NCBI GenBank assembly: GCA_029932895.1
Contig: JAOZPF010000001.1
Coordinates: 1-36,909, forward strand
Direction: 5' to 3'
DNA from: Anaerolineae bacterium
GTDB taxonomy: Bacteria; Chloroflexota; Anaerolineae; B4-G1; DUEL01
Length of the DNA stretch: 36,909 bases
Shown: piece by piece, positions 27,464 through 36,233 of the stretch
Layout: each line of letters starts with the position of its first letter
Numbering within the stretch: position 1 is the first letter of the stretch
The notes under the pieces: generated by a model
Seen by the model: only the letters and a program-made list of their open reading frames with translations
The model's database searches: none
Told to the model about the DNA's origin: nothing
Translations under genes and position numbers: made by a program

Positions 27464-27946
27464 CTATGTTCCCGCCGGGCTTTCGGGCGTGGTCTCCTCT
27501 GCCTGTTCCACCTGGATGCGCCTCAGGCCGTTTTCCACCACGCGCAGCGTCCGCTGGAGTTCTTCCTCCAGTTGGCAGAGGGCATTGAAGGCATACTCCT
27601 GGGCATCGCGGCGGAGGGTGGCTGCCTCCCGTTCCGCCTTCTGACGGATGGCGGCGGCGCGTGCCTCGGCGGCCTGGGCGATGGCGTGCTCACCGGAAAG
27701 CTCGCCGGCCCGCGCTTCGGCCTCGCGGACGAGTTGCTCTGCTCTTTCCCGCGCCTCGGCCATGATCTTGTCCCGCTCCCGGCCGATCCGTTGTGCGCGC
27801 CGCACCTCGTCGGGAATCGAGATGCGCATCTGATCGATGAGCGTTCGGATGGACCGTTCGTCCACCAGCCGGATCGTGGTGAAGGGGATGCGCACGCCCT
27901 TTTTTATACTCTCTTCGAGACGGTCTACCAGGTATAGAATATCCAT
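27464..27946 (-). CDS. hypothetical Ala/Arg/Glu-rich coiled-coil protein
   Basis: Start MDILYLVDRLEESIKKG (ATG 27946; GGAGG 7 nt upstream). The rest of track ORF 27464..28219 overlaps coaD. Long AEARERAEQLVREAEARA-type heptad-like stretch. I could not assign a family. Confidence 0.55.
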   Translation of the reverse strand: MDILYLVDRLEESIKKGVRIPFTTIRLVDERSIRTLIDQMRISIPDEVRRAQRIGRERDKIMAEARERAEQLVREAEARAGELSGEHAIAQAAEARAAAIRQKAEREAATLRRDAQEYAFNALCQLEEELQRTLRVVENGLRRIQVEQAEETTPESPAGT

Positions 27947-27981
27947 CGCCATCCTCCGGCCGGTTCGGTGTACGAGACCGG

Positions 27982-28506
27982 CTAGTCCCGCAACGACACG
28001 AGGGGCACGGCCCCTTGCTGTTGGTCCAACTCCCTGCGCTTTTCCTCCAGCGCGGCTATCACGCTCGGCGAGGCCATCCTGGTGATGTCGCCGCCCAGCA
28101 TGGCGACCTCTTTGACGATGCTCGAACTCAGGAAAGCATACTCCTGTCGGGTCATCAGGCAGACGAATTCGATCTCTGGTGCCAGTTGTCGGTTGGTGAG
28201 GGCCATCTGGTATTCCCACTCAAAGTCGCTTATCACCCGCAGCCCACGGACGATGGCGTGGGCACCGACCTGGCGCGCGAGGTCGACGGTGAGGCCATCA
28301 TAGGCCATCACCTCGATGTTGTCCATCCCCTTGAGCGCCTCGCGGGCCATAGTGACCCGTTCCTCGGTGGTGAACAGGAGGTGTTTGGCCGGGCGGTCAT
28401 AGATGGCGACGACGAGGTGGTCAAAGATAGCCGCAGAGCGGACAGCGATGTCAATGTGACCGAGGTGGATGGGGTCGAATGTGCCGGGATAGACGGCGCG
28501 GTTCAT
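27982..28506 (-). CDS. coaD: phosphopantetheine adenylyltransferase
   Basis: MNRAVYPGTFDPIHLGHIDI (T/HxGH motif) ... ISDFEWEYQMALTNR ... SSSIVKEV. The track ORF 27982..29586 is extended by frame read-through into recG. Confidence 0.93.
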   Translation of the reverse strand: MNRAVYPGTFDPIHLGHIDIAVRSAAIFDHLVVAIYDRPAKHLLFTTEERVTMAREALKGMDNIEVMAYDGLTVDLARQVGAHAIVRGLRVISDFEWEYQMALTNRQLAPEIEFVCLMTRQEYAFLSSSIVKEVAMLGGDITRMASPSVIAALEEKRRELDQQQGAVPLVSLRD

Positions 28507-30917
28507 CAGCTCGCCTCTCCCTCTCCTGCTTCCCACATCTCTGCTACCCGGCGGGCCAGCAGGTGGTGTTCCGGCTGCTCCAGTTCCGCGTCCTCCTGGA
28601 GCAGCTCCCGTGCCGCTTGCCGTGCCTCCTCCAGCAGGCGCAGGTCTGTCAGAGAGACCATCCTCAGGTCGGGGAAACCCGACTGACGTGTGCCCAAGAA
28701 CTCGCCTGGCCCGCGCAGGTCCAGGTCCTTTTGTGCCAGGGCGAAACCGTCGCTGGTGGTCTCCACCGCCGCCAGTCGTTCCATAGCCTCGGGCGAGTTC
28801 GAATCGGAAACGAGGAGGCAGTAGGAGGGATGTTCCCCCCGCCCGACCCGGCCGCGGAACTGGTGGAGCTGGGCCAGACCGAACCGCTCCGCTCCTTCGA
28901 TCAGCATCACGGTGGCGTTGGGCACGTCGATGCCCACCTCCACCACCGATGTCGCCACCAGGATGTCCAATTCGCCGGCGGCGAAGGCGACCATCGTCGT
29001 CTCCTTCTCCTCCGAGCGCATCCGACCGTGGAGCAGGCCCAGCCGCAGGTCGGCAAAGACCTCCTCTTGGAGGCGGCGGTACTCTTCGACGGCAGCTTTG
29101 GCCTCGATCTTGTCCGATTCCTCCACCAAGGGGCAGATGATGAACCCTTGGTGTCCCTTGGCGACCTGGTTGCGAAGGAAGGCATAAGCCCGCTCCCGTT
29201 CTCGGGGCAGGATCACGCGCGTGGTGATTGGCTGGCGGCCTGGCGGCATCTCGTCGATGACCGAGACATCGAGGTGGCCCCAGATGGTCAGTTGGAGGGA
29301 GCGGGGTATGGGGGTGGCAGTCATGACCAGCAGGTGGGGATTGTACTCCTCCCTGCCATCGCGTCCTTTCTGGCGCAGGGCGGCCCGTTGTCGCACCCCA
29401 AAGCGGTGCTGTTCGTCGATCACCACCAGCGCCAGGTTGTGAAAGGTGACGTTCTCCTGGATGAGGGCCTGGGTGCCGACGACGATGTCGATACTGCCGT
29501 CGGCGAGCCCGGCATAGACCGCCTCCCGCTCCTGACCGGTGACGCGATTGGTGAGGAGGCGGATGACCGGCGCGCGACCGGGCCACGCGGCAAAGAGCTG
29601 GGTCAGTGTGTTGATATGCTGTTCGGCCAGAATCTCGGTGGGGGCCATCATCGCCGTCTGGGCACCGGCGTTCACTGCCAGCGCCATCGCCGCTGCCGCC
29701 ACCGCCGTCTTGCCCGATCCCACATCTCCTTGCAGGAGTCGGTTCATCGGCGCGGTGGAGCGCAAATCGGAGACGATCTCGGCCAATGCCCGTTGCTGGG
29801 CGGAGGTGAGCTGAAACGGCAGGCTGAGCACAAAGCTCTGCAACGTCTCGTCGCTCACGTTCAGTTGGGGGCCAGAGGTGGAGCGGTAAAGGAGCCGCTG
29901 GCGCAGCAACCCCAGTTGGAAAATGAACATCTCGTCAAAGGCCAGCCGGCGGCGGGATTGTTTCAGAAGTTGGGGGTTGTCGGGGAAATGGACCTGCCGG
30001 AGAGCGGTGGGCAGGTCCAGCAGGTTGTGCCGCTCCAGGATGGATGGTGGCATGGGGTCCGGTATGCGCGGGGCCCAATAGTCCACTGTGCGTTTGACCA
30101 GTTGCCGTACCCAGCGCCCGTTGATCCCGGCGGTGAGGGGATAGACCGGGACGAGTCGTCCGGTGTGGAGGAGTTCGCGCTGCAGCGGCTCCCACTGGGG
30201 GGAGGTGAAACAGGGCCGGCCGAGGTACTCGTCCACCTTGCCGCTGACGACGATCTGTTGACCAGAGTGGATGCGTTCGGCCAGGTAGGGTTGGTTGAAC
30301 CAGGTCGCTTCGATAAAGCCTGTGCCGTCGGAGAGGACGGCTTTGAAGAGAGTGGTCCCGCCACGTGTCCTGCGGCTTCCCGCGTCCCAGACCTTGGCGA
30401 CGACGGTGACTTCCTCCCCGTACTCCACCCGGTTGATCGGTTTGAGGTGGGAAAAGTCGTCATAGCGGCGGGGAAGGAAAGTGAGGAGGTCGCCGATAGT
30501 GTGCAACCCCAGGCGGGCCAGCCTTTTGGCCTGCTGCGGCCCCACGCCCCGCAGGGCGGTGAGAGGGGCGTGGAGGCCAGAGGGCTCCTTCGCCGGCACC
30601 GTTGGGCGGGGGCGAGGCTGGCGGGACTTGGGCACTTTCGGAGAGGAGGGTGGGGCATCCGCCGGCCCCGCTTCCAACAGCGTGACCAGCCCGCGCAGGG
30701 CGGGGCCCCGCTCCTCGGGCGTGGAGAGGTCACTGTAGGCGCGCAGCCGGTCGGCCACTGCCTGAGCCCAGCCGGCTGCTGTCGGGCCGAAAGCGTCGTT
30801 CGCCTCGCGGAGCCAGGTGTCGGCAAAGCGTCCCAGGCCGCCAAAGACGGCCTTGTCCTGGAGCTTTTCCGCCTCCAGTTGAAGAATCTTGGATAGTTTC
30901 TCGATGGGTGTTGTCAT
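28506..30917 (-). CDS. recG: ATP-dependent DNA helicase RecG
   Basis: 803 aa. Wedge/OB N-terminal region, helicase motifs GDVGSGKT, DEQHRFG, TATPIPR, QLHQFRGRVGRG. The stop shares 1 nt with the coaD start (TGATG). Confidence 0.95.
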   Translation of the reverse strand: MTTPIEKLSKILQLEAEKLQDKAVFGGLGRFADTWLREANDAFGPTAAGWAQAVADRLRAYSDLSTPEERGPALRGLVTLLEAGPADAPPSSPKVPKSRQPRPRPTVPAKEPSGLHAPLTALRGVGPQQAKRLARLGLHTIGDLLTFLPRRYDDFSHLKPINRVEYGEEVTVVAKVWDAGSRRTRGGTTLFKAVLSDGTGFIEATWFNQPYLAERIHSGQQIVVSGKVDEYLGRPCFTSPQWEPLQRELLHTGRLVPVYPLTAGINGRWVRQLVKRTVDYWAPRIPDPMPPSILERHNLLDLPTALRQVHFPDNPQLLKQSRRRLAFDEMFIFQLGLLRQRLLYRSTSGPQLNVSDETLQSFVLSLPFQLTSAQQRALAEIVSDLRSTAPMNRLLQGDVGSGKTAVAAAAMALAVNAGAQTAMMAPTEILAEQHINTLTQLFAAWPGRAPVIRLLTNRVTGQEREAVYAGLADGSIDIVVGTQALIQENVTFHNLALVVIDEQHRFGVRQRAALRQKGRDGREEYNPHLLVMTATPIPRSLQLTIWGHLDVSVIDEMPPGRQPITTRVILPRERERAYAFLRNQVAKGHQGFIICPLVEESDKIEAKAAVEEYRRLQEEVFADLRLGLLHGRMRSEEKETTMVAFAAGELDILVATSVVEVGIDVPNATVMLIEGAERFGLAQLHQFRGRVGRGEHPSYCLLVSDSNSPEAMERLAAVETTSDGFALAQKDLDLRGPGEFLGTRQSGFPDLRMVSLTDLRLLEEARQAARELLQEDAELEQPEHHLLARRVAEMWEAGEGEAS

Positions 30918-30925
30918 AATGCTCC

Positions 30926-31759
30926 TCAGGCGGCTGTGATAGCTGCAATGCCCAGTGCGCGGGGGCCGAGGTGTGTACCCACCACCGGCCCGACCTCGCT
31001 GACCGGGATTGGACCTGAAAAAAGAGCGCGGAGGCGGCTGTGAAAGAGGTCCACGTCGGGAGCGGCAGTGTGGATCAGGACCAGCCGCTCCAGCCGGCCC
31101 AGGCCGGCGATCATTTCCAATAACTTGTCGATGGCCCGGTGGCGGGTGCGAACCTGCCCGATCAGGGACGCCTCGCCCTGGTATAATTCGATGAGCGGTT
31201 TGATGCGCAGGAGGCGGGCGGCGACGGCCTGGGCCCAGGCCACGCGCCCGCTGCGGTGCAGATAGGTCAGTGTGTCCAGCACCCCCAGGATGCGGATGCG
31301 TGGCTGGATATCCTGGATGTGGGCCAGAATCTCGCTGACGCTCTTGCCAGCGGCAGCGTCCTCCGCCGCGACGATCGCTTGCAACCCCAACCCCATCAGC
31401 ACCTGCTTCGAATCTACCAGGTGGACCTCTAGTTCGGGTACTTCCATGCTTCCCAGGCGAGCTACGTTGAGCATCCCGCTGAGAGTGGTCGATACCAGGA
31501 TGGCGATGACCTGGTCTACCTGGCTGGACAGTTGGCGGAAGGCGGCGGCAAAGTCGTAGGCGGGTGGCACGGCGGTGGTGGGGGTCTCTTTCAGCGCGGG
31601 CAGGCGGCGGTAGAACTCGGCGCGGGTGATCTGTTCCCCGTCGCGCAGGCTCTGGCCATCCATCTGGACGTAGGCCGGGACTATGGTGATGCCCAGGCGA
31701 CGGGCAATGTCCCCCGGTATGTCCGAAGTGCTGTCGGTCAGGATAGAAATCCGGCTCAT
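30926..31759 (-). CDS. DegV-family fatty-acid-binding protein (FakB-like), copy 2
   Basis: Start MSRISILTDSTSDIP (ATG 31759). DegV N-terminal signature I.TDS.SD.P. The track ORF upstream extension overlaps the preceding degV. Confidence 0.88.
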   Translation of the reverse strand: MSRISILTDSTSDIPGDIARRLGITIVPAYVQMDGQSLRDGEQITRAEFYRRLPALKETPTTAVPPAYDFAAAFRQLSSQVDQVIAILVSTTLSGMLNVARLGSMEVPELEVHLVDSKQVLMGLGLQAIVAAEDAAAGKSVSEILAHIQDIQPRIRILGVLDTLTYLHRSGRVAWAQAVAARLLRIKPLIELYQGEASLIGQVRTRHRAIDKLLEMIAGLGRLERLVLIHTAAPDVDLFHSRLRALFSGPIPVSEVGPVVGTHLGPRALGIAAITAA

Positions 31760-32625
31760 TATGGGATTCGACGTTTCTGCAGGCTCTCGTAGGTCACCAG
31801 GCCGAGCCCGTCGGGGCCGATGTGGGAGGCGAGCACCGCCCCATAGACCAGGATGGGAAAGGAAGTGTCCGGGAAGAACCCTGCCAATCGTTCCCGGAGC
31901 AGCGATGTCTCGTCGGTGGGATAGGAGACGCTTTGCAGGATCGCCATCTCTTTGATATCGGTGAACTCGCCTGCGAACTCGACCAGCTTGTCCAGCCCTT
32001 TTTCCCGGCTGCGGACCTTTTCCATAGGGATGATCTCGCCACCCTCTATAGCCAGGAACGGCTTGATGCCCAGCATAGTCCCGAGGATGCACTGGGACTT
32101 GGTGATATGTCCACTCCGCTCCAAATAGTCCAGCGAATCAGTGAACATGACGACATAGATATGGGAGATCATTCCCCGAATGTCACGGACGACCTCACCC
32201 AGGCCGAGGCCGGTCTGGGCGAGTTTGGCCGCCTCGCGAGCCAGGATACCCAGTCCGATCGAGGTGGATTGCGAGTCCATCACCTCGATATCGCAGCGGC
32301 CGAGGAAAGTGTCGGCAGCAGCGCGGGCGTTGCGCCAGATCGGGCTGAGCGGCGCGGAGGAGTGGATAGAGAGGATATAGTCCGTCGTGCGGGTGAGTTT
32401 TTGGTACACCTTCTTAAAGTCGGCCACGGTTGGGCCGACGATGACGGGGCGCTCCCTTTCCCGCTCCATCCGGGCCAACAGTTCCTCGTTCCGCGAGCCA
32501 TCGGTGTCCTGATAGACCTCGTCCCCTATCTGCACGCTGAGGGGAACGACGGTGATATCTAGTTCCTGGGCTAATTTGTGGTTCAGTTGGGCGTTACCAT
32601 CGGTGACGACGTGCACTCTGGACAC
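31759..32625 (-). CDS. DegV-family fatty-acid-binding protein (FakB-like), copy 1
   Basis: 288 aa, GTG start with AGGAGG SD. VHVVTDGNAQL..., SIHSSAPLS and GLGILA fit the DegV pattern. The stop shares 1 nt with the next start (TAATG). Confidence 0.85.
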   Translation of the reverse strand: MSRVHVVTDGNAQLNHKLAQELDITVVPLSVQIGDEVYQDTDGSRNEELLARMERERERPVIVGPTVADFKKVYQKLTRTTDYILSIHSSAPLSPIWRNARAAADTFLGRCDIEVMDSQSTSIGLGILAREAAKLAQTGLGLGEVVRDIRGMISHIYVVMFTDSLDYLERSGHITKSQCILGTMLGIKPFLAIEGGEIIPMEKVRSREKGLDKLVEFAGEFTDIKEMAILQSVSYPTDETSLLRERLAGFFPDTSFPILVYGAVLASHIGPDGLGLVTYESLQKRRIP

Positions 32626-32778
32626 AGAGCCTCCTTGTGGCTGTTTGGAGTATTTTGGCTAGATATCTCTGGATACCCGGCGATGTGGTCGAAGCTCCTT
32701 TCACTATCATCTGGCGCTAGGTGAAATTCGTGACCTGATGTGCAGAATCAGTGCTTCTTTTGTCCTGTATGTGAGCAG

Positions 32779-34416
32779 TTACTCCACGGAAATGATATAG
32801 AAATAGTGAGGTTGTCCTCCCTCAACCACCTCAAACTTCTGGTCGGGGTACTTTTCCTGCAGCGTTTCGGCCAGGGCTTCGGCGCTGGCCTGCGAGATGC
32901 CATCCCCAAAGTAGAGGGTGACGATCTCTAGCTCCTTTGTGCCCATCCGTTCCAGCAGCTTTTCCACGGCCTCCTCAGGCGAGTCGGCGACGATGTCGAG
33001 CTCGCCGTCGTGGATGCCGATGATTTGCCCCTGGTGAATCTCGACAGAGTTGAGGACGACGTCGCGGGTGGCGGTGGTGACCTCGCCGGTATGGACCTCC
33101 TGCGCTGCCTCCCACATTTCCTCGGCATTCTCCTCCAGGTCGGCCTGGTAGTTAAAGGCCAGCAGGGCTCCGATGCCCTGGGGGATGGTACGGGTGGGGA
33201 CGACGGTGGCCCGCTTTTCACTCACTTCGGCAGCCTGCCGGGCGGCCATGATGATGTTTTTGTTGTTGGGCAGGATGATGACCCGGTTGTGGGGTACGCT
33301 AGCCACGGCCTGGAGGATCTCCTCCGTGCTAGGGTTCATCGTCTGCCCGCCCTGGACGACGGCGGCTGCGCCGAGGCTGGCAAAAACGCGGGCCAGCCCC
33401 TCTCCGGCTGCGACGACGACGACGCCGATCTCGGTGGCCGACATCGGCGGGCTGACGACCGGAGGGCGCTCCCGCCCGGCGACGAACTCCTGGTACTGGG
33501 CCTGCATGTCCTCCACCACCACGTCCTGGAGCGAGCCCAGCCTGACCGCATAGCTGATGGGCACACCGGGGTCGGGGACGTGGACGTGGACCTTGACGGC
33601 GGTTGGCTCTCCCACCACCAGTGCGCACTCCCCCATAGCATCTATATCCTGACGAATTGTCTCCACCTTCAGGTCCTGCCCGACGATGATGAACTGCACG
33701 TCGTAGCCATACTCCGCCTCGGCCGCGGCGGGCCCGGCGGAGAGGTCCACCGCTCGCAGCAATCGCAGGTCCTCGGCCACACTCTCCCCGTTCATGCCGC
33801 GCAGCATTCCTTCAAAGATGACATAGAGCCCCTGTCCCCCAGCGTCCACCACCCCTGCCTCGGCCAGTACCGGCAGTAGGTCCGGTGTGTGGGCGACGGC
33901 CTCGCGGGCCCGCTGTACCATTCGCTCCAGCACCAACGCCGTGTCCTCCGTCTCCGCGGCGGTCTGCTCGGCCTCCTCAGCCACCTCCCGGATCACAGTG
34001 AGGATGGTCCCCTCTACGGGGTGGACGACGCCTTTGTAGGCGGTTCTAGCGGCCTCGGCGACAGAGGTGGCCAGTTTCTTGGCTGTCAGCACCGCCTCCT
34101 CTTCCAACCCCCGCGCCACGCCCCGCCAGATCTGGGAGAGGATCACCCCAGAATTGCCCCGCGCGCCCATCAGCGCACCGTGAGCTACCTGGCGGGCAAT
34201 TTTACCCACGTGCCGTTCGGGCGAATCCGCCACCTCGTTCCAGGCTGACTGCATCGTCAGCACCATATTGGTGCCGGTATCGCCGTCGGGGACGGGAAAG
34301 ACGTTGAGGGCGTTGATGGTCTCCTGGTGGTGCCGTAGCCATGCCAGCCCCGCGCCGACCAATTGTTTGAACTCTTGCCCATCTACAACCAGTTGTATCT
34401 CTCGTTCACCAGCCAC
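32779..34416 (-). CDS. fakA: DAK2-domain protein YloV / fatty acid kinase catalytic subunit FakA-like
   Basis: 545 aa. N-terminal Dak2 motif NVFPVPDGDTGTNM, and GARGNSGVILSQ. Size and position (after asp23, divergent from rpmB) match yloV/fakA. Confidence 0.88.
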   Translation of the reverse strand: MAGEREIQLVVDGQEFKQLVGAGLAWLRHHQETINALNVFPVPDGDTGTNMVLTMQSAWNEVADSPERHVGKIARQVAHGALMGARGNSGVILSQIWRGVARGLEEEAVLTAKKLATSVAEAARTAYKGVVHPVEGTILTVIREVAEEAEQTAAETEDTALVLERMVQRAREAVAHTPDLLPVLAEAGVVDAGGQGLYVIFEGMLRGMNGESVAEDLRLLRAVDLSAGPAAAEAEYGYDVQFIIVGQDLKVETIRQDIDAMGECALVVGEPTAVKVHVHVPDPGVPISYAVRLGSLQDVVVEDMQAQYQEFVAGRERPPVVSPPMSATEIGVVVVAAGEGLARVFASLGAAAVVQGGQTMNPSTEEILQAVASVPHNRVIILPNNKNIIMAARQAAEVSEKRATVVPTRTIPQGIGALLAFNYQADLEENAEEMWEAAQEVHTGEVTTATRDVVLNSVEIHQGQIIGIHDGELDIVADSPEEAVEKLLERMGTKELEIVTLYFGDGISQASAEALAETLQEKYPDQKFEVVEGGQPHYFYIISVE

Positions 34417-34429
34417 GTGATATTCCTAT

Positions 34430-34786
34430 CTAGTCGGGGTCGGATATCCTCAGCCCCTCGACATGGACGTTGACTTCGGCGACCGGAACGCCGAGGTTCT
34501 TTTCGACTGTGTACTTGACCACGTTCATAGCGCTTCGTGCTACCGAGGCAATGCGGGTGCCATATTCGATGATGACGTACAGGTCGATATAGATCTGGCC
34601 GTCCTTGACCCGGACCACGACGCCGCGTCTGCTCTCCGAGGAAAGGACGTTGGCAATGCCTGTCGGCAGGTCCTTGGGCACTGTCCCGACGATGCCGTAG
34701 GAACGTATCACGGCTTTGTGGGCCAGGCTGGCGATGGCTATAGGGGAGACCTCGATTCGTCCTTGTGGCCTGATTTTCTCTTTCAT
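34430..34786 (-). CDS. Asp23/Gls24-family protein (YloU-like)
   Basis: Start MKEKIRPQGRIEVSPIAIASLA (ATG 34786). IYIDLYVIIEYG..I..VA......V...V....G..V..VNVHVEGL is typical Asp23. Confidence 0.85.
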   Translation of the reverse strand: MKEKIRPQGRIEVSPIAIASLAHKAVIRSYGIVGTVPKDLPTGIANVLSSESRRGVVVRVKDGQIYIDLYVIIEYGTRIASVARSAMNVVKYTVEKNLGVPVAEVNVHVEGLRISDPD

Positions 34787-34805
34787 TCCGACTCCATTCG
34801 CCTGT

Positions 34806-34834
34806 TTGCGAAAAATGTATTCCTGTGGTATGAT
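34806..34834 (+). promoter_or_regulatory. extended -10 promoter for rpmB
   Basis: TTGCGA (34806-34811), 17-nt spacer, TATGAT (34829-34834), preceded by TGG (TGn extended -10). Confidence 0.55.
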
Positions 34835-34867
34835 GTCGCCCGTTAGCAAGAACCAGGGGAGTACAAG

Positions 34868-35050
34868 ATGGCCAAGTGTGAGATGTGTGGTAAAGGCCCC
34901 CAGTTTGGGCACAATGTGAGCCACTCCAAGCGAGCGACTAACCGCCGTTTCAATCCCAACATCCAGCGGGTGCGGGTGATGGTGGACGGCAAGGTGCGCC
35001 GCATGCGGCTCTGCACCCGTTGTCTGCGCACGTTGAACAAGGGTGCATAG
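34868..35050 (+). CDS. rpmB: 50S ribosomal protein L28 (Zn-ribbon, C+ form)
   Basis: 60 aa. [33 protein letters not shown]...CTRCLR. Confidence 0.95.
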   Translation: MAKCEMCGKGPQFGHNVSHSKRATNRRFNPNIQRVRVMVDGKVRRMRLCTRCLRTLNKGA

Positions 35051-35077
35051 ACAGGCGACTGACCGTTTTCTTCATCG

Positions 35078-35110
35078 CGCCGGCCCATACAGGGGCCGGC
35101 GTTTGGTTTT
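35078..35110 (+). terminator. intrinsic terminator after rpmB
   Basis: CGCCGGCCC (35078-35086), loop ATACAG, GGGCCGGCG (35093-35101), then TTTGGTTTT. Confidence 0.8.
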
Positions 35111-35205
35111 AAAGGCCGATGTCCAATCAGGACAGTATGATACAACGGAATGGGCAGAAAATCAAGGGTTGAGGGCGGCCTGTTTCGCGACCCCTCACAG
35201 TTGAC

Positions 35206-35979
35206 TCACCCCAGGGCGTTGTCGAGAAACATCATGACCAGGAAGCCGAGGATCACGCCCCACGTTCCCTCCTGTTCGAACCCCCGGCTGTGAGTCTCGG
35301 GGATGATCTCATCGGAGACGACATAGAGCATCGCGCCAGCGGCAAAGGCGAGCCCCCACGGCAGGAGTGGTTTCATCAGCGTGACCGCCGCCACGCCGAA
35401 AACGCCGGCGATGGGCTCCGCCATGCCGGAACCGAGGGCGTACAGCAGCGCCTTGCCGCGAGGCCACTTTTCCCGCACCAGCGGCAGCGCCACAGCCAGT
35501 CCCTCCGGCATGTTCTGCAGGCCGATGGCGATCATCAGGGCGATGGCGTCGGAGAGTCGCTCCGTGCCGAACCCCACCCCCACGGCCAGTCCCTCTGGAA
35601 AGTTGTGCAGGGTGATGGCGATGATGAGCAGCCACACTCGCCGTAGGTGGGAGGATGGCCCTTCCGCTCCCTTGATAAAGTGGGTGTGGGGCAGGGCGTG
35701 ATCGAGGATGGCGAGGAAGAAGGCGCCGATCAGGATGCCCAGGGTCGCTGGCCAGATGCCTCCCAGTTCGATGGCGGGCACGATCAGGCTGAATGCGGTG
35801 GCAGCCAGCATGACCCCAGCGGCGAATCCCAGCAGTCCGTCCAGCAGCCGTTCCGAGATGTGCGTGGTAAAGAGGATGGGCAGTGCGCCGACACCGGTTG
35901 CGAATCCTGTCAGGAGGGTGCCGCAGATGCCCATCAGGATGTGGTTGTTGCCAAAGAGCTGGAGGAACAGGTTCTCCAT
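35206..35979 (-). CDS. ZIP-family divalent metal (zinc) transporter, ZupT-like
   Basis: 257 aa, polytopic. HNFPEGLAVGVGF and LQNMPEGLAVALPL are signature ZIP helices. Confidence 0.9.
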   Translation of the reverse strand: MENLFLQLFGNNHILMGICGTLLTGFATGVGALPILFTTHISERLLDGLLGFAAGVMLAATAFSLIVPAIELGGIWPATLGILIGAFFLAILDHALPHTHFIKGAEGPSSHLRRVWLLIIAITLHNFPEGLAVGVGFGTERLSDAIALMIAIGLQNMPEGLAVALPLVREKWPRGKALLYALGSGMAEPIAGVFGVAAVTLMKPLLPWGLAFAAGAMLYVVSDEIIPETHSRGFEQEGTWGVILGFLVMMFLDNALG

Positions 35980-36014
35980 AAATGTGTTCTCCCCTCGACT
36001 GGGCAGGTGGTTGT

Positions 36015-36043
36015 AGTATGGCAGGGGACATCGTTCCTGTCAA
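36015..36043 (-). promoter_or_regulatory. candidate promoter for the ZIP transporter gene
   Basis: Minus strand TTGACA (36043-36038), 17-nt spacer, CATACT (36020-36015). Confidence 0.4.
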
Positions 36044-36075
36044 GTGGGGCCGGATCGAGCGGGATCGATCTTGCT

Positions 36076-36129
36076 GGCGGCGGACCGGCTAAAGCCTCCA
36101 TTCCATTCGGCGTGTTTCTATGAACAGGC
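36076..36129. repeat. 54-bp direct repeat, copy A
   Basis: GGCGGCGGACCGGCTAAAGCCTCCATTCCATTCGGCGTGTTTCTATGAACAGGC. 48/54 identical to copy B, which starts 79 bp downstream. Confidence 0.9.
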
Positions 36130-36154
36130 TGTCGCCGAGGGTTGGGCCGAGGTC

Positions 36155-36208
36155 GGCGGCGGACCGGCTAAAGTCTCCATTCCATTCGGTGCGCTTTTAT
36201 GAGCAGGC
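36155..36208. repeat. 54-bp direct repeat, copy B
   Basis: GGCGGCGGACCGGCTAAAGTCTCCATTCCATTCGGTGCGCTTTTATGAGCAGGC. All 6 differences from copy A are transitions, and the first 35 nt differ at only one position. Confidence 0.9.
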
Positions 36209-36233
36209 CGCAACTGGCGTGCTCGTTGCTGCT

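Noticed and set aside
28507-29586. Long N-terminal extension of the coaD ORF (534 aa in the track). Similar upstream extensions occur on the ORFs at 4357..5256, 8203..8901, 10146..11231, 12519..13181, 14174..15154, 27464..28219, 30926..32092 and 34430..34924.
   Set aside because: In each case the homology to the named family starts at an internal start codon with an SD or translational coupling, and the extension overlaps the upstream conserved gene in another frame.
28479-30896. 805-aa plus-strand ORF almost exactly mirroring recG.
   Set aside because: The minus-strand frame carries all the RecG helicase motifs. The plus-strand product is low-complexity (Gly/Arg/Leu/Val/Gln-rich) with no recognisable motif. 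It is a classic antisense shadow ORF in GC-rich DNA, where stop codons are rare in the frame opposite a GC3-rich gene.
32626-32778. Lower-GC 153-bp gap between fakA/yloV and the first degV, with a weak CTGAT...ATCAG hairpin. Considered as a terminator/promoter pair or small RNA.
   Set aside because: It has only a 5-bp stem, no U-tract and no convincing -35/-10 pair. The evidence is insufficient for a feature call.
36076-36208. Possible CRISPR array or Moco riboswitch at the 54-bp repeats.
   Set aside because: There are only two copies, the repeats are imperfect, and there are no cas genes or regular spacers, so it is not CRISPR. I could not match the element to the Moco (or any other) riboswitch consensus from memory, and the repeats lie upstream of the candidate promoter of the ThiF/MoeB-like gene. 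It is kept as an unexplained repeat instead.
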